The position numbers and the translations under genes are program-made. This document shows, piece after piece, positions 1 through 11,182 of a DNA stretch of 64,000 nucleotides. The notes under the pieces were generated by a model that made no database searches, was not told where the DNA came from, and was given only the letters and a program-made list of their open reading frames with translations. Origin of the DNA: Cenococcum geophilum (Eukaryota). The first letter of the stretch is position 1, and every line of letters starts with the position of its first letter. Location: positions 18,848,001 through 18,912,000 of the forward strand of contig CP158635.1 of NCBI GenBank assembly GCA_050273025.1. The letters are read 5' to 3'.

Positions 1-1380
1 AGAGCATAGTTTCGGCGGAGTATAGGTATAGCTTAATAAAATTCTCTTCCTCCTCTTCCTTTTCCTTATTAACACTTTCCTCTAGTAATTACTACTTATA
101 ATTCCTCGTAGCATATAGGCCACCGCACTTACTATAGGTATACGGGAACTTGCAATCCTTGCCTAGGTTATACTTCCCTCTATTAAAGCTATAATAGGTC
201 CTTAAGATATTAGTACTTACTTACGCGCGTTTTAAGATAGATGCAAATTTATAAGTACTAGGATTGTAATAGATATCTAGGAAGTTACTAGAGATCTTCT
301 AGTTAGCTAGCTTTAACTAGTTCTTTTAAATAACTATAGAGTGGTGCTTTAAGGCCATAGTTATTAAGGGAGTAATTTAGTAGGTAGTAGATAGCTAGAT
401 AACTTAATTATAAAAGGCAAGTATTTAGGGAATAAGATCTACCGAAAGATTCTTATATATAACAATTAAAATCATTATATAGTTAAGGAAGCCCTCTACC
501 TACACTTTAACGGACGGGTAGTCCTTTATTATCCCTTCTTTTAGTCTTATAAAAAGGACGCTATTAACAATAAGGATATTATTCTAAGGCTTAGACTAAA
601 GCTGGTGTATCCAGAGGCGAGAGAGGTTATTAGGTAAGAAAGTACCCCGAAATACCTTAAGTATCTCTTTATTTAGGACGCTAGGGAAAAGGGTATTTAG
701 GATATTAGCTATAAATAGGAGCAACTTACCCGGTTTATTAATTAGGGTTAAGGATAACACTACCGTAGCTAATCTCGCTGTTACTATAGCAAGGCTTAAT
801 ATATAGAGTTTAGTCGCCCGATCTTCCTATTCTTTTTAAACGCGTAGTATTTTGGTACGGTTCTCCTATTCCTAAAGGAGTCTTATTTTTTAGTTGGTTG
901 CCTAGTCCTTAACCTTCTTTACCTAAGCTCTTCTAATCCTTAGGTCCTCCTTATATAGTTACTGGAGCCGTTCTTTAGCTTTTTTAGCGGCTAAAGTCTC
1001 GCGTTAAGCCGTGGAGAGAGGCGCCATTATAGAGGATAGAGACTATAACGCCGGCGTATCGCCTAAAAGTGTAGGGGAAGGTGAGGGAGACTAGTAGGTA
1101 ACCTCTAAGGAGTTTAGCTCGTCAAGTGTGTCGTTATTAGTTAAGTTTTTAAGGTTTTTATAGATAATTTACGAAGGTTTAGACGAGCGTATAGGTTATT
1201 AAGTTATCAACAGTAACAATTAATTATTAGAAATTAAGTAAATAAGGCATTAGCTCTTAAATAAGACTAATATAGAAAGCAAGCAAGTAAGGCTCAATTT
1301 TGTAAATGTTGATGATGTTAGTGTTGCTAAGATACAGGGGTGCTGCTGCAGTGCTCGCTTAGCTACATAGACATGTCCAT
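1..1380 (-). mobile_element. 5' part (gag/ORF1) of a RIP-mutated Ngaro/DIRS-like tyrosine-recombinase retrotransposon; continues beyond the left window edge
   Basis: Minus-strand translation of ~1190-85 ends in RTYYSFNRGKYNLGKDCKFPYTYSKCGGLYATRN. With RIP reversed this is C-x2-FN-x-G-x-C-x5-C-x3-H-x-C-x2-C-x3-H, the zinc-finger pattern of Ngaro-type gag. Many TAA/TAG stops. The 5' boundary near 1380 is approximate. Confidence 0.65.
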
Positions 1381-2225
1381 ATAGAGCCTTTATACATAGA
1401 GCTTTATCCCTTAACCCGTCAGCGTCCTATATTATTAATAAGACATGGTCCGTACATAGAACAACAAAGCAGAGCGAGGGCGGCAAAGACTCTTTACGGC
1501 TGCAACATTTACAGGATTCCGTTCTGCATAAAAACGATATACTAGCAGCCTTATATTAACTAACTTAATATTGGGAATTAAACCTATATAGGGCTCCTGT
1601 AAAAGGGGGGTCGGGTATTAGGGACTTTAAATATCTCAGCACGACCAAATATCTAAGCTACATGATTGGCCAGTTCTTATCGATAATGTAGGACGAAATT
1701 TGACGGGTTAAGGGATATAGAGCCTTATATAAAGCCTCGCGCAAAGCTTTATATAGAGCTTTGTATAGGGCTTTGTATAGAGCTTCGTATAAAGCTTTAT
1801 GCAGAGCTTTATATAGAGCTTTATGCAGAGCTTTGTATAGAGTTTTATATAGAGCCTCGTATAGAGCCTCTATACGCAGACCTTCGTGTAGAGCCTTGTG
1901 TAGAGCCTTATATAGAGCCTTATATAAAGCTTTATATAGAGCTTTATATAGAGCTTTATATAAAGCTTTATATAGAGCTTTGTATAGAGCTTCGTATAGA
2001 GCTTTATATAGAGCTTCGTGTAGAGCTTCGTATAGAGCTTTATATAGAGCTTTGTATAGAGCTTCGTATAAAGCTTTATGTAGAGCTTTATATAGAGCTT
2101 TATATAAAGCTTTATATAGAGCTTTATATAGAGCTTTATATAGAGCTTTATATAGAGCTTTATATAAAGCTTCGTGCAGAGCTTTATATAGAGCCTTAGT
2201 AGAGCTTTATACGGAGCTTTATAGT
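1381..2225. repeat. 12-bp tandem array (ancestral unit GCAGAGCTTCGT, mostly RIP-converted to ATAGAGCTTTAT), interrupted by a MITE
   Basis: Clear 12-bp periodicity. The unit is the reverse complement of the ACGAAGCTCTGC array at 46081-46614. Confidence 0.95.
1407..1715. mobile_element. 309-bp MITE with ~45-bp imperfect TIRs and TA flanks (Tc1/mariner-like)
   Basis: TA|TCCCTTAACCCGTCA..CGTCCTATATTATTAATAAGA at the left end and TCTTATCGATAATGTAGGACG..TGACGGGTTAAGGGA|TA at the right end; no ORF. Confidence 0.85.
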
Positions 2226-2239
2226 ATTTTTATTGCAGC

Positions 2240-2425
2240 CAAAAATTAGGGTCTGCTTAAGTCGCGATTTTAGCAATTTTAGTAATTTACAGCAACTTGC
2301 ACAGGCTACTTGCGTATTTACAGCAATTTGTATAGGCTACTTGCGTATTTATAGTAAATTGCTGCAAATTGCCGCAAATTGCTAAAATTGCGACTTACGC
2401 AGGTTTTGCAGACCCCGATTTTCGC
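2240..2425. repeat. Subterminal fold-back (inverted repeat) with an internal ~31-bp direct duplication
   Basis: GGGTCTGC-TTAAGTCGCGATTTTAGCAATTT pairs with AAATTGCTAAAATTGCGACTTA...GCAGACCC. Confidence 0.8.
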
Positions 2426-2469
2426 TTACGACAACGTGCCCAAAAAAAAAATTCCTGATGCGCCCTAGG

Positions 2470-3170
2470 AACCCTTTTATAGGCATATATACCCTCCACA
2501 ACTACTTACTTAGGCATATACTACTCTTAATACCTTTCACGATCGCGCTATCCTAACTATTTATAATAATACTGTAGCTAAGATTAACGAGGCTATCCTT
2601 ACGCGGCTCTGCGGCTCCCTAAGTATCTTTTATTCTACAGACTCTGTAGAGCAAAATAAAGAAGAAAATTATATAAAACTGCCGCTAGCAGAGCTCCTAC
2701 AAATATTTAACCCTAGTAGCCTACCTCCGTTAAAGCTTTCCCTAAAGGTAGGCGCGCCTATAATCCTTTTACGGAACCTCTACCCTAAGGAAGGGCTCTA
2801 TAACGGCACCCGTATAGTTATTACGCGTCTAGGCCACCGCTGTATTAAAGCTTAGATACTTAGCGGTAGCTTTTACGGCCAGCTACGGCTAATCCCTTAT
2901 ATTAAGCTTACCTCTATAAAGGGAGAACTGCCGTTTATTATTAGTAGAAGGCAGTTTTTAATTTAGCTATGCTTTACTATAACTATAAATAAGTTATAGG
3001 GGCAGTCTTTTAACTTTATTAGCGTTGACTTACGTATACCGGTCTTTACCTATAGGTAGCTCTATATTGCCCTATCTTAGGTTACTACTATAAATGGTAT
3101 TTTAGTACTGCTTCCCCTAAATTAAATAAAGATAGACAATATTATCTATCTAGAAGTCTTACTTTCGTAA
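2470..3170 (+). pseudogene. Helitron RepHel PIF1-like helicase, C-terminal part
   Basis: Translation includes LPPLKLSLKVGAPIILLRNLYPKEGLYNGTR, RRQF, CFTITINKL*GQSF, VDLRIPVFTYR*LYIALS* and NIIYLEVL. These are Helitron helicase motifs carrying RIP stops. Confidence 0.92.
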
Positions 3171-3299
3171 TAAGGTATATTATTTTATTATACAACTACT
3201 TCTATAACTGCCCTATAGGGCTAGCAAAACTTTTATAAATGCCCTATAGGGCCTAGTAAACCCCCCCTCTACCCCCCCTCCCCTACTCCTTATCCTTAT

Positions 3300-4422
3300 C
3301 CTCTAACAACTCCTCCTTAAGTATAGCCGCCAAATGGCGGAGCAGCCCTATAACCTACCCGCGCCGCCTAAGACGGAGGCGGATATAGGTAGGCGGGGCC
3401 TCCTCTAACTCCTCTAACTCCTCCCCCTCCTCATTATTATCGTCGTCGTTATTATTATTGTTGGCGGCGGCGGTAATAGGAGGTGCGTAGGCGTGGGAGC
3501 GGGAGTAGGAGTAGGCTGCGGTAGGGGAGGCGGAGGCAGTAGTAGACGCTATTATCTCTATTAGTTATACTTTTTACGGCTTATATTACTAACTTACAGA
3601 CTTAGAAGGAGCAGCGCGCCCCTTTATTACTATAATAGTAGTTAGTATAGCTACTGCGCAGCTAGCCGGCAACTAGTACACACTCTGTAAATAGGCTACT
3701 GCCCCGTATATACGACGCACAAGCCTGCGGGGCTATTATACCCCAGCTTTACGCTAGGGCGGCCTCCGTATTTAGGGCCCTAGCCTCTAGGCGGACCCCC
3801 TAGTAGACCCTAAAAGCTCTACCTAGGCCAGGAGCCTACCGCAGAGACACACCTTAGACGCGCGGCAGGGGACATAGCGCCCGCATTATAGCCGTATTGG
3901 CGGCGGCGGCTTTAGCGGCGGCGGCGAGCGCGGTAGGCGAGGGATTCTAGGGCGGGAGGGCGGCGGGCTGATTTACGGCCGTAAAGCTGGCTAGGGGAGG
4001 AGCAGCGGTAGTAGGGGTAGCGGGAGCGGCGGCGGCAGTAGAAGCGGTGGCAGCGGCAGTGGTAGGAGCGGGGAGGGGTCTAGCGGCAGCGGTAGCTACA
4101 GTAGCTATTTACATATCAGTATCTTCTTAAATTCTTAAATTCTTTTATAGTACTAATACTTACCAGCACACTTATCTGCTGGGACTAAAGTCCTATACGC
4201 AGGCACCTTAGCCTAAGACGGCGGTGGTAAGGGTAAGAAACGGCGGCCGGGCGCGGACATGGCGGCGGCAGCGGCGGTAGTAGTGACGGTGGTGGTAGTA
4301 GTAGTGGCGGTAGTAGTGGCAGTAGCAGTAGAAGCAGGAGCAGAAGACGCAGTAGCAGCAGCAGCAGCAGTGGTAATGGTGGTAGTGGTGGTGCTGTTAC
4401 TTAAGGAAGAAGATAATAACAA
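3300..4422 (-). pseudogene. Intron-containing, RIP-mutated gene with a DUF3716-like Cys-rich domain inside the Helitron
   Basis: About 3790-3600 reads ALNTEAALA*SWGIIAPQACASYIRGSSLFTECVLVAG*LRSSYTNYYYSNKGARCSF, which restores to CASCxRGSGPFTECV...CANCHY...RCSF. GTAAGT donors on the minus strand near 3596 and 4163. Outer limits are approximate. Confidence 0.65.
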
Positions 4423-5460
4423 TGACGACGATATAAATAGCTATTGTTAATATACGTCACGTGATTAATTATATAAATCTATATTACGCGATTATTATAT
4501 AAAGGCAGTTTTATATTACTATAAGGTAGCTATATAAATTCTATAGTAGTAAGGTAGTAGTGCGGCAGTAGTAAGGTAGTAGTAGGGTAGTAATAGGGTA
4601 GTAGTAGGGCAGTAGTAGGTAGTAGAGGGTAGTAATAGGTAGTAAAGGGTAGTTAAAGCTTTAATACTCTAATTTTTATTTTTTTTCCTACTCTTATCTT
4701 ATATAAATATATATATAAATATTAATAGTCTTTATAATAGTCCTTATAATAGGGTCTTTAGTATATATAATTATCTTATATAACATTTTTAAAGGAAGAA
4801 TTTAATTTTAAATATAAAATGTATTCTATAATATAAAGTACTCTTTATAATAGTAAAAGTAGTACTATATAAAATTAGAATAAAAGTAAAAATAAAAGTT
4901 ATAGCTATATCTTAAGTAGTAAAGTTAGTAAATTAAAAGGGAATTAATATAATAATAGTACTATAAATATAAATAAATATAAGAATAAAGATAAAAATAA
5001 AAATAGTTATAATATAGTATTAAAATTAATAAACTAATATAATAATTATAATGATGTAGAAATAGTAGTAATAATAATAATAAATTAGTAACTAAAGTAT
5101 TAGTAAAATATAGTATATAAGTAGTAATAAATATAGCTATAAATTAGGAAATAAAGATATATTAGGAGTAATAAAAAAGAAGTTATTTTAGTATTTAAAA
5201 GGGGAGTAGTAAAGGTAGTAAGGGTAATAATAAAAATAGTATAATGGTGGTAGTGGGTAGTATTAGGCAGTAGGGGGCAGTAAAGGGCAGTAATAGGTAG
5301 TAGAGGGTAGTAGCAGGGTAGCAGTAAGGCAGACTGAGTTTAGAAGGACAAAAGCCCGCCACAGGCGTGAGAATTCCGTTAAATTTCCCCAAGGAACCAA
5401 ATTGCTGGCTGTAAGTCAGCAATTTGGAAATTTTCCTTGGAAAATTTAACGGAATTCTTG

Positions 5461-7689
5461 TAAATAAAATACCAGAACCTAACTCACCGGAGCCTCTACT
5501 ACTATCCTTAAATACCTTAGTAAAGAAGCCGTACTATATCCCAGTTCTAACTAATAAAGCTAAGCTAAAGAAGAAGATTAATAGCGATATAGGAGAGCAA
5601 AACGTAGTTAAAGGAAAGAGACTTAAAGGACGATTAAAGATCTATACAGGCTTTTTTACTAACGTTACTAACCAGAGCCTTCTAGCTTAAAGATTAGCCT
5701 TTAATATAGGGCTTACATTTTATAAAAAGCTACACCGCAATTAGCTCCTACCGCCGCCTAGAAATTAGAAGGAGCTTTAAAAACATTAATATAAGGAAGA
5801 GTTCGCGGCTACTGCTTAGAAGGAGTATATAAACCTTTAAAATTAAGGAACGTTTTAAGTCGTTAATAAGACAATCTATATTAAAACCGTACCTATTATC
5901 TGGGTATTTATATATAAGACTAATATTAATAGATATCTAACAAGATTTAAAGCTCGTTTTTACGCATAAGGTAATTTATAAGAGTTAGTTTATAAGGACA
6001 CCTATACCATAACTTTAGCAGTAAGATTGTTTAGAGCCTTAATGGCTATTATCGCAATATTTAACCTAAACTGCTAGTAAGGTAATACTATTAATATATT
6101 CGCAAACAGCATAATTAATAAGGTCGTATACGTTAAGTATCTAGATAGATTTCTAATTAAGGGCAAGTGCCTACTTCTCTAAAAAGCGCTCTACGAATTA
6201 AGGCGATTACCTCTGATATAGCACGGTGACTTAATAATAACGCTAAAAAAGGAAGGCTTAAAGCCAGTAGCGGAGGAGCCTTGCCTATATTATAACGATT
6301 AGCTAATAGTCTTCTTCTATATTAATAATATTATAGCTATATTTAAGAAGAAAGACCTACTTAAGTTTTAAACCTTTAAGGAGTACCTTATAAGAAAGTA
6401 CAAGATAAAGGACCTAAGTGACTTTACCTAGTTCTTAGAAATTTAAATTATTCGCAATAAAAAGAATAGGAAGCTCTAGCTTAGTTAGGATTCCTATATT
6501 AATAAAATTACGATAAGCTTTAAAGTTAAAGATTATTATAAGATATATATACTAATAGGTATTAAGGAACTTAAGCCTAATCTAGAGTAAGCCTCTAAGT
6601 AGGATACCTACGCCTATTAGAGGAAAGTTAGATCTATGCTTTATATAGCTAATATTACTTATCTAGATATAGCAAAAACAGTAAGTAAGCTGTTAGAATT
6701 CTTATAAAATCCGTTACTAATTTATAACGCAGCTACTATAAGGGCAATTACCTACCTTAATTAAACTAAGACTTTTATAATTAAGTACTTAAAGGAGAAT
6801 ATAATAAACCAGATCTTAGCAAGGGTAAGTAATATATTATTTAGCAACAATTTAATAAGTAAAAAGAGCATAGAAGGCTATTTATTTACCTTATTTAGGG
6901 GACTAATTAACTAGTAATCTATAAAGTAGAAGTTAGTAATAAAATTAAGCATAGAAGTAGAGCTCTTAGCCCTATTACATATAGCTACCAAGTTAATTTA
7001 GTGGCAGCGATTCTTTAAAGAAATTAGATTTAACCCTAATAAGAAGTAAATAATATATTGCAATAACCTATAAACTATTTAACTACTAACCAAAAGCGAC
7101 GTAGAGCTTAACACTAAGCTTTAACATGTTAATATTTATTACTACTAGCTCCGCCAGGAAGTTTGTAAAGGAAGTATTAATATTAAATAGGTACCTACTA
7201 CGGACATAATAGTAAACGGCCTAATAAAGGCTCTGCCTCGTTAAAAGCACAAGACGTTTATTTAGTAATTAAACATCGTTAATATTAAGGATCTAATTTA
7301 ATTTAATTTAAATAATATTTAGGCAAGGTAAATATATAGAGGATTTCCTTTAACTTAACACTAAATTGCTATTGTAACTTTTTAGTATTTCTACAGCAGC
7401 CTAGAAGGCTTTGTGTAGCTAGGGGGGTGTATTAACCTAAATTAAAGTTCCTTACTACTATCGTAATACTGTCTGACGACCTAGATCGTCTATATGAACT
7501 ATGTCTTAGTTGTCTTATATCTTAAGCTCGTATGTCTTATCGAACATCTCATTACCTGTTTCTCTTAACTATGACCTACTACATGACGACGTCGTTGTTA
7601 CTGTATTTGGACCTACCTAATGTATATAAGAGAGCTTCTAGAGCCCTCTTTAATAAACAGAGTTCTAATTCCTGATCGTCCGTTTAACA
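5461..7689 (+). mobile_element. 3' part of a Ty1/copia element (RT, RNase H, PPT, 3' LTR 7430-7689)
   Basis: Degraded copia motifs (WVFIYK, FKARF, IEVELLAL, YCNNL, HVNIYYY*LRQ), polypurine tract AGGGGGGTG, and an LTR ending TTTAACA. Confidence 0.9.
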
Positions 7690-7883
7690 GCTCTAGAAGC
7701 TCTTTATATACATCAGGTAGGTCTAGACAACTAAGTCAAAATAGGTAATAGAAATAGGTAATGAGACATTCAATAAGACATTTAGTCATAAGTTGAGAGA
7801 CAACTAAGACATAGTTCGTATAGACGATCTAGGTCTTCAGACAGTAGTACGATGGTGGTAAGGGAATTCGATTCAGGTCGACA
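7690..7883 (-). mobile_element. Partial LTR of a related copia family in opposite orientation (the target of the preceding insertion)
   Basis: Reverse complement TGTCGACCTGAATCGAATTCCCTTACCACCATCGTACTACTGTCTGAAGACCTAGATCG aligns with the LTR starting at 7430. Confidence 0.85.
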
Positions 7884-9324
7884 ACTGCCGAGGTAGAGGA
7901 GTCGCGGCCGAGAGGTTGGAGTGAGGTGACGAGAACAGCACGAAAGCCTATTTTCATTAAGGAACGCGGAATCCCGATATGGATGGCCTGGTCCTTAGGG
8001 TTGAAGGTTTGACAATGATTTGCGTTTTCCGCTTTTAAGAATTGCAATATATGAGAGGCCAATGATGGCCCCATTCAGTTCCAGCAATGCTCAAATTAAC
8101 CGTGTAACCGTTGCGGAACCCTGGATGCCTAAATACTAAATTAGGACTAGATTAGTGCATAAATTGGGTAATTTCAATTCCGTTAAAGCTAGAACAAGAG
8201 TAAGAAGAAATGGTGCGGAACGACATTCTAGTAAGGCCATCACTAACTTCTATAAAATAATGAGCTACATTCTCTGAACTGATAGCTTCCCTTCAGTAGA
8301 CCTACCATAGACAAACTTCCAACCTTCTGGAAGCTCTTCCTGCGCGCGAACTACTTTCTTGACCCTGTCACATGTTTTTGCTCTCAGGACAGGCAATTCG
8401 ATCATTTCTTCTCTCTTCCGGAATCTCGGCTCCAGAGAAAATTGTTCCGCTAGAGTCGACCGTCTAAAAAGCGAGGCTGTTGAAAGCTGACAATGTTTGT
8501 TGGCAGGTCTTGTAAGTCTAGGAGGGAGCCTTGAGCCATTTGGGTGCTCAGTCCAGCTAAGAGCACCTTCTAGGGAAGCGGATATGTCCATGGCTCCCTA
8601 TCTAGTCTTCTCCTTCATGATCACGGATAAGACGTGGCTTACAAAGCTAAGAGACACCCGCCGAATCGGTTTGCTCCACATTTATAGCTCCCGCTTACTA
8701 AAACTGATATCACCTTGTAAAGTGTCTATCCAAAGCAGACCTCACGCCATGCATCCTAAAATCGTAGGGCCGTTGGCGATGAGTGGAACAGTTAAGGCTA
8801 ACGAAAGTTTTGAGTACATTCGTAAAGCTCTTAGTGTATCCTCGTTGGCTATGTGAAGGTATCAAACTTCCGCCTCCAGCGCGTAACAGCAGCCCCGCAG
8901 AGGCTGATACCGTTTCCTACCCTTTTAGCAGACCAGATATGTTTCGAAAGTTAACAGAAATCCTTGTGTCCAATAAGTTCGAAAGTTAAGTGTTAAGTTT
9001 CTAATTTCTCTATCGTTATATGTTTAGGCTTAATGAAGCGCGCGCCTAACCCGATCCTCTTGTGACCTCCGTTTGCTTCATCCTCACAGCTCCTGCGGCG
9101 ACTTGGAACGAATCATTTATTTTTATCATTCGATGCTCGATTTTTTAAAGAGTGGGATCTTCAGCCGCTCATTAGAGTATTCTGACGTTTATCCCTTATC
9201 ACTTTCGCAACCCGTCCCGCCACTCATCAACGTTGCACTTCATATTGTTAAAGTCTTCAATAGCAGGAGAGTTTTTTGCTTCTACATCCCAATTATTTGG
9301 TGCATCTTGCCAGGCTTCGTCAGT

Positions 9325-10476
9325 ATGGCATTTATTTTGGAGAAGTGTTCCAGTCTTGAAGCTGCTCTCGGCACAGTCTCCATAGCTTCTCACGACGCCG
9401 GCAGCGACTCCGGTTACTCAGACTCTCCTGGCGATCAGCATGAATCAATCGACAAAAAATTCCTCAGCGAACAGTCTTGGGTCCATAACGCTGGCGACAT
9501 GCTTTACCGTTTGAGAGGACTCTACATAACATGCGAAAACTATGAATCTCTACTCCAATGCTTCAGCAGCGATTTGGAAGCTCGACTGTTTACTACGCGG
9601 GTTATTGAAGTTCTATATTTTAAACCTTTACTTCTATCGGGCGAAGAGGCGTTGAAAACACTCGAAGAAAGCTGGAGCGGTAAACCCGAGCCAAACATCA
9701 GTGGTAACACTTCATCTTCGCCCATTTTCGCCCAAATCCATATCTCATATTACCTATCCGCGCAAGGGAAGGTAATCAAAGAGCTATCGTATCTTGCCGT
9801 CTCTCAAGATTCGCTGGACTTGCTCTTTAAATATGACGGCCGTTCCAAATACCTTAGTACACTATCTAAGCCGCATGCAATCACGAGCAACTCGAACATT
9901 CCTCCTCTCTGCGAAAGGATTCTCCAGCGCTCCGTACCAGATGACCTGAGCTCGGCTGTCGAAAAATCTGTCTTCTCTGTCAGGGCGGACCCCGTCATCG
10001 GAATGCTGTACTGTAAGAATTGGGTTGACGAAATGCATGGAATAGTCCTAAAACCAACTACCGATCTTGTAAATGACGTGTACAAAATGGTCAAAATTGG
10101 ACGCCGCGAGCCCACCGATTCATTCATCCGGTCATCCGAATTCCAGATAACGCGGCCTTTACCGGTCGAACCTTTGACTGGATTTGGTGGCGCCATAGAT
10201 GTTATCTACGATTCTGGCACCACTGACTTCCGCATGTTTCTGACTCGCAACATCCCTAGTGAAATTAGAAAGAGTGAAATAGGCCATGCGCTCGCCGATT
10301 GCTTGAAGAAACGACATTTCGGGAAGCGTATTCAATTCCATTGGCAAACCCAGCTACCCAAGGACAAAGTCAATCAAGTCTTTCAAATTGCTGATTCGAG
10401 TGATTCCCCACCGAGTCACGCAAAACATAACCCTGAAGTTTGCCGGAAGTGCAAAATTATGGACTTTTTGTTATAA
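9325..10476 (+). CDS. Intronless hypothetical protein, ~383 aa from the ATG at 9325
   Basis: 1.4-kb stop-free frame (9073-10476) in non-RIP-like DNA. The ATG at 9325 begins protein-like sequence (MAFILEKCSSLEAAL...). No domain recognised and the true start is uncertain. Confidence 0.75.
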   Translation: MAFILEKCSSLEAALGTVSIASHDAGSDSGYSDSPGDQHESIDKKFLSEQSWVHNAGDMLYRLRGLYITCENYESLLQCFSSDLEARLFTTRVIEVLYFKPLLLSGEEALKTLEESWSGKPEPNISGNTSSSPIFAQIHISYYLSAQGKVIKELSYLAVSQDSLDLLFKYDGRSKYLSTLSKPHAITSNSNIPPLCERILQRSVPDDLSSAVEKSVFSVRADPVIGMLYCKNWVDEMHGIVLKPTTDLVNDVYKMVKIGRREPTDSFIRSSEFQITRPLPVEPLTGFGGAIDVIYDSGTTDFRMFLTRNIPSEIRKSEIGHALADCLKKRHFGKRIQFHWQTQLPKDKVNQVFQIADSSDSPPSHAKHNPEVCRKCKIMDFLL

Positions 10477-10689
10477 GGCAAGAAAAAATTGCTATGGCGG
10501 AGGCAGATAGTATCAGATCTTGTAGCTTGCAACACATCTGCGATGCCTGATTAAGGCATCAAAATTATCAGCTGTCAGGTAGTTTCATTATCCCTTAACC
10601 CGTTGAGGCGCAACGCCAAGCTGGCTCGTGCATGAACACCGGTATGAGATGTGATAGTTCTCATCAATAGTATATCCATACTGTCTCTA

Positions 10690-11182
10690 AACCTATTGGC
10701 GCTTAAACGCAACTTTCTCGGTGATACTGGCCAAGTTATCCGCATGACCTAGATATCGTCGGATTTATAGTTCTTACTAGGATACCGATATGATGACGAC
10801 AGTGCGCCGAATCTATGTGTTGGTCGAAGCTTAACGTAGCGAAGAGTGGACCGGAAGAGCAGTCCCTGCCAGCCATGACGTCGCCTATCCAGACTACGAC
10901 GGGGATGGAGACTATGAGAATGAAGACGAAGACACAAGCGACAATAAACCTCATGCTACCAGCAGTGATACGCTACTTAACAAAGGTGATATGTGCTTAC
11001 GCAAACGAACGCGTGTACCGTGGTTGGAGTCGGACGAATAGCGCTTACTCTTGTATAAGGACAAGATGGGTATGCCTTGGAAGGACATATTTAAACGCTT
11101 CCCAGATCGGACGCCAGGCGCAGTGAAGGTGCGCTGGCACATTGCAAGAGAAATGATCCGTCGAGGCAATGAAAGGATCTGA
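10690..11182 (+). pseudogene. Myb/SANT-domain protein fragment
   Basis: FLGDTGQVIRMT*ISSDL*FLLGYRYDD, a frameshift, an acidic linker, then KRTRVPWLESDE*RLLLYKDKMGMPWKDIFKRFPDRTPGAVKVRWH (Myb W...W...W pattern). TAG stops are consistent with RIP. Confidence 0.8.

Larger units (their letters stand above)
2461..5460 (+). mobile_element. 3' half of a Helitron (RIP-mutated)
   Basis: PIF1 helicase C-terminus at 2470-3170, then a passenger gene, low-complexity DNA, a subterminal hairpin (5370-5458) and a CTTG|T junction into copia sequence. Confidence 0.75.

Noticed and set aside
1407..1421. Telomeric repeat (CCCTAA-like)
   Set aside because: Single imperfect unit that is part of a TIR, not an array.
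1761..2249. 162-aa ORF of RALY repeats
   Set aside because: Translation of the 12-bp array; no evidence of a gene.
8265..8990. Possible RIP-mutated gene on the minus strand and overlapping short ORFs
   Set aside because: One frame has stops consistent with CAA/CAG mutation, but no recognisable motif; too weak to annotate.
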